Shown: piece after piece, positions 27,238-29,868 of the stretch | How the letters are laid out: every line of letters starts with the position of its first letter | How positions within the stretch are numbered: the first letter of the stretch is position 1 | DNA from: a virus | Lineage: Duplodnaviria; Caudoviricetes | DNA length: 29,868 nt | Reading direction: 5' to 3' (one strand) | IMG/VR virus record: IMGVR_UViG_3300028638_000444 | Location: 1 to 29,868 of that record | The notes under the pieces: model-generated | What the model was told of the DNA's origin: nothing | The model's database searches: none | The model's input: only the letters and a program-made list of their open reading frames with translations | Program-made: the position numbers and the translations under genes

Positions 27238-27255
27238 TGTTTAATCTCCTTTTAA
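27234..27255. repeat. 22-bp direct repeat, copy 2
   Basis: Identical to 27025..27046; minus strand TTAAAAGGAGATTAAACAATGA = stop + RBS + start. Confidence 0.95.
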
Positions 27256-27863
27256 AATGGTATTTCCTCATCAGAAGTTTCTGTCTGAGGCGGTTCGTAT
27301 TTCATCATTGGCTTTATCTTTTCGAAACACGCTTTTGTGGCTTCAATATCAGCCATTGCGTCGTGAGCATTTTCGATTTTAACGCCTAAAACTTTACAAA
27401 TATCGCAAAGTTTTAATGTCTCTGAATAAATGAAACCCCATGCCCTGAAACAAGATGCTAAAACAAGCAAATCAAGAGCATACCAATAGAAGTAAGAACC
27501 AAGATAAACGTCTCCGTTTTTTCTTGCCCAAGAGTGCAAAAATTCAAGGTCAAATTTTACATTCTGTCCGGCAACATAAAATTTGTCATTTTTGTTGTAT
27601 CTATCTACATATCTTGAGATAATCTTTATAAATTCCTTGTAGATATCTTGCGGTTTAGGAAATCCTTTCAAATCTTCAATTGTTCGTCCTTGTACAGAAA
27701 GAGCTTCTTCCGTGACAGTCTCCCAGTTAAAAGGCTGACATTTAAGGTCAAATCTTTCTTTTTCTACGCCGTCTATTTCGATAATTCCAGCAACTTGTAT
27801 TATGTCGTTTAGTTCTTTGTCTAAGCCTGTTGTTTCTGTATCTAAATAAATTATTTTTGACAT
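27252..27863 (-). CDS. DEDDh 3'-5' exonuclease (DnaQ-like)
   Basis: Start moved to MSKIIY (AGGAG RBS); DTETTG, GQNVKFD and HDAMAD; C-terminus SDEEIPF. Confidence 0.92.
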   Translation of the reverse strand: MSKIIYLDTETTGLDKELNDIIQVAGIIEIDGVEKERFDLKCQPFNWETVTEEALSVQGRTIEDLKGFPKPQDIYKEFIKIISRYVDRYNKNDKFYVAGQNVKFDLEFLHSWARKNGDVYLGSYFYWYALDLLVLASCFRAWGFIYSETLKLCDICKVLGVKIENAHDAMADIEATKACFEKIKPMMKYEPPQTETSDEEIPF

Positions 27864-27879
27864 TCTGTTTTCTCCTGTA

Positions 27880-29868
27880 TTAGAATTCAATTCCTTCTTC
27901 TTTTTTAATATCAGCTTCGACTTTTTCCAAAACTTCCTGTAATTTGGCATCTGGAATATCCGTACTCTTTGCATAGCCGAGTTCGTTCTTCATATAGGCA
28001 CCGCAAAGATTAATATTTCCCTTGAAAAAATCTTTAATTTTTTTCTGGATTTCTTTTCTTATTTGTGCAGGATTAATATTGGTTGCCTCTTCTTTTTTTT
28101 CGGCTTTAGCTTTCGCCTGCGGTTCTTGTACTTCTGTAACTACCTCTTCGGCTTTCTCTTCAGTCACAAAAGGTTTTACTTCGCCGGTTGTCGTATCGAC
28201 AACCTCTTTGCCATCGGGTAACAACATATCTTTAGAATCAATAATTGTTTCAGGTAGTAAAATCTTCGACGGGTCTACTGCTCCGAGTCTCTGAACATCA
28301 GCAAGTTTTATATCCGTATTGATTTTAAGTATGTAATGTGTTGCTCTTTTGCCGTCGTGATTTGTGTCTTGAGGAACTCTCTCTAGCGTAAGCGGTATCA
28401 TATGAGTTCTTCCGGCAACGGTCTGAATCATATCCAAATTGCTGTTGAGGTTAAGAATGCTGTTAATAGATCCTGTGGTGATCTGCCATACGCCCATACC
28501 CTCTATTTGAGGTATAAAGACATTTAACGTGGCACATTCCGAACATTCTTTTTTAATATAATGTGGGCATTGCTGACCTGCACATCTAACTTTAATTCTT
28601 CCCATTTCATCTTTGCCGATCTGTGTAAGACCTTCAGCAAACTTTAAGTCTCCGCAAACTGCCGTTTCTCCGTCTCCCTTACATTTGAGTGAACTTCCGC
28701 TGCCGTACCTCTTATAGTCTTGTGGAAATACGATATTCCTGTCGCTGACCGGCAACATAATACCTATAGATTTTGGATTCTTACCGAATAAAGACTCAAA
28801 TTGTTGTATGAGCTTCTTTCTTTGCTCGTCAACCGCTGTCTCTGGATCAAGAATAAAGTAATCGACTTCCTTAGGATACTCAACTCCTTTGTCAGTTTTT
28901 TTCATAATACCGAGCCTTATTTTACCGAGTCTCGGCAATCTTCTTGCATCACTTAAACCTTTAATCATATCATCCTCCGATAATTTATTTTCTTTCAGAT
29001 ATTTTCCGTAATTACAGAATTCTGCGACTTCACAATATTTTTGACACTTCAAGCCTTCCCAGTTTTCTTTGTCAGTGCAAATTTCATTCCAATAACCCTG
29101 CGCCATTGCTTTAAGCAGTGCATTCTTTTTCTTGTCAAAATATTCAAGAATGATTTTGTCATCTACAATAGGTATTTCGATTAAATAAACATTACGAAAC
29201 ACACCTCTTGACCTCGCAATGAAGGTATTTCCGTCTCGTACTATTACTTGGATTTGCAGCCTTGATATTTTTTCGCCGTATTGTTTTTCATATTCAATAC
29301 GGTATTTATTAAGTTGCAGTGACCAATCTTCAATATCTGCCTTTTCAGGATTTTGAATAAGAATTTTTACAGTTTTTCTTTCACCTTTTCTTTTTCCCGT
29401 TTTGTAGACTTCATCAGTTTCTTGATCTACTGTAGTCCAGCCTAAAGCTTTTTGTACTTTATAAGATCCGGAAACTTTGTAATCCATGAGCTTTCTGATA
29501 TCGAGTTCCTTTTCTATTACATCCGAAATGCCGGATATATCAGAATTAGAGAATACCTCTTCAAGTTTTGAATATTCGTCACCGTCTCCAGCCTCTTCTA
29601 ACTTTGCATGACCGTTTGTCCCGTTGATCATAAAAGCCTTAGTATCAGGAGCGACAGCATACTCTTTAACAAGCTTTAAAAAAGCGTACATCGTACCGGC
29701 GATCAATTGAGTAGTTGAAGGCTTGCCAGTCCACGGACGTTCTTGAGATGCTAATTTAAGATAGCTACGGGTAGCGCAGCGGTTGTTCATGCGGCATCCG
29801 CCTTCTTTAAGGCAGTCGCATACTTCAATTTTTTGTCCATCCGGGCAAATGAACCATTTAAGAGGCAT
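27880..29868 (-). CDS. Cas4-like PD-(D/E)XK nuclease fused to a gp3/recombination-directionality-factor-like domain
   Basis: Residues 1-300: GISD...DYK, QLNKY, C-terminal C...CQKYCEVAEFC and an N-terminal Cys cluster. Residues 301-662: LPRLGKIRLG, P.EVDYF, CKGDGE, GVWQITTGSINS. Confidence 0.8.
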   Translation of the reverse strand: MPLKWFICPDGQKIEVCDCLKEGGCRMNNRCATRSYLKLASQERPWTGKPSTTQLIAGTMYAFLKLVKEYAVAPDTKAFMINGTNGHAKLEEAGDGDEYSKLEEVFSNSDISGISDVIEKELDIRKLMDYKVSGSYKVQKALGWTTVDQETDEVYKTGKRKGERKTVKILIQNPEKADIEDWSLQLNKYRIEYEKQYGEKISRLQIQVIVRDGNTFIARSRGVFRNVYLIEIPIVDDKIILEYFDKKKNALLKAMAQGYWNEICTDKENWEGLKCQKYCEVAEFCNYGKYLKENKLSEDDMIKGLSDARRLPRLGKIRLGIMKKTDKGVEYPKEVDYFILDPETAVDEQRKKLIQQFESLFGKNPKSIGIMLPVSDRNIVFPQDYKRYGSGSSLKCKGDGETAVCGDLKFAEGLTQIGKDEMGRIKVRCAGQQCPHYIKKECSECATLNVFIPQIEGMGVWQITTGSINSILNLNSNLDMIQTVAGRTHMIPLTLERVPQDTNHDGKRATHYILKINTDIKLADVQRLGAVDPSKILLPETIIDSKDMLLPDGKEVVDTTTGEVKPFVTEEKAEEVVTEVQEPQAKAKAEKKEEATNINPAQIRKEIQKKIKDFFKGNINLCGAYMKNELGYAKSTDIPDAKLQEVLEKVEADIKKEEGIEF
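28966..28978 (-). promoter_or_regulatory. Internal in-frame RBS and start (GGAGG-5nt-ATG, Met301)
   Basis: Minus strand TCGGAGGATGATATGATTAAAGG at the domain boundary. Confidence 0.75.

Larger units (their letters stand above)
1..29868 (-). mobile_element. Siphovirus-like phage/prophage segment (replication-recombination, packaging, head and tail modules)
   Basis: Co-oriented, tightly packed genes in canonical order TerS-TerL-portal-protease-capsid-neck-tail tube-chaperones-TMP-tail tip-fibres, preceded by phage DNA-metabolism genes. No host housekeeping genes seen. Confidence 0.97.

Noticed and set aside
1563-27974. Longer upstream starts in the ORF track (1904, 8616, 12174, 22296, 25639, 27974)
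   Set aside because: They overlap upstream genes; downstream ATGs with clear RBS or stop-start coupling fit better (1886, 8598, 12057, 22263, 25489, 27863).
242-28294. All plus-strand ORFs in the six-frame track
   Set aside because: Each lies antisense to a well-supported minus-strand gene and has no recognisable motif; these are shadow ORFs.
27880-29868. Cas4-like nuclease as evidence of a CRISPR-Cas system
   Set aside because: No cas1/cas2, effector genes or array; solo Cas4-like nucleases are common in phage recombination modules.
1-29868. Stop-codon reassignment
   Set aside because: Genes are full length under code 11, and TAA, TGA and TAG all end genes at coupled junctions.

Overview
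The whole window is a gene-dense segment of a tailed dsDNA phage or prophage (siphovirus-type). Every credible gene is on the minus strand and most are translationally coupled. Read in transcription direction (right to left) it holds three parts. (1) A recombination/replication module: a Cas4-like PD-(D/E)XK nuclease fused to a gp3/RDF-like domain with its own internal start, a DEDDh exonuclease, a Rad50/SbcC-like ATPase, an SNF2 helicase, a RuvC-like resolvase, a C5 DNA methyltransferase, YopX, and a replication initiator with internal iteron-like repeats. (2) A near-consensus sigma70 promoter followed ~100 nt later by a terminator-like hairpin at the early/late boundary. (3) Packaging, HK97-type head, neck and lambda-like non-contractile tail genes, including a G/GT -1 frameshift, followed by fibre genes. 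No integrase, repressor, lysis genes, tRNA, CRISPR array or reverse transcriptase is visible; the window is cut at gene boundaries on both sides. Family assignments come from motif recognition by eye, not database searches. The most notable observations are a lambda pR'/tR'-like late switch with no recognisable Q, the nuclease-gp3 fusion with a nested start, SSB-tail-like acidic-Phe C-termini, two unannotated tandem membrane micropeptides, a gene cassette bounded by exact 22-bp stop-RBS-start repeats, and an internally deleted ParB-methyltransferase.
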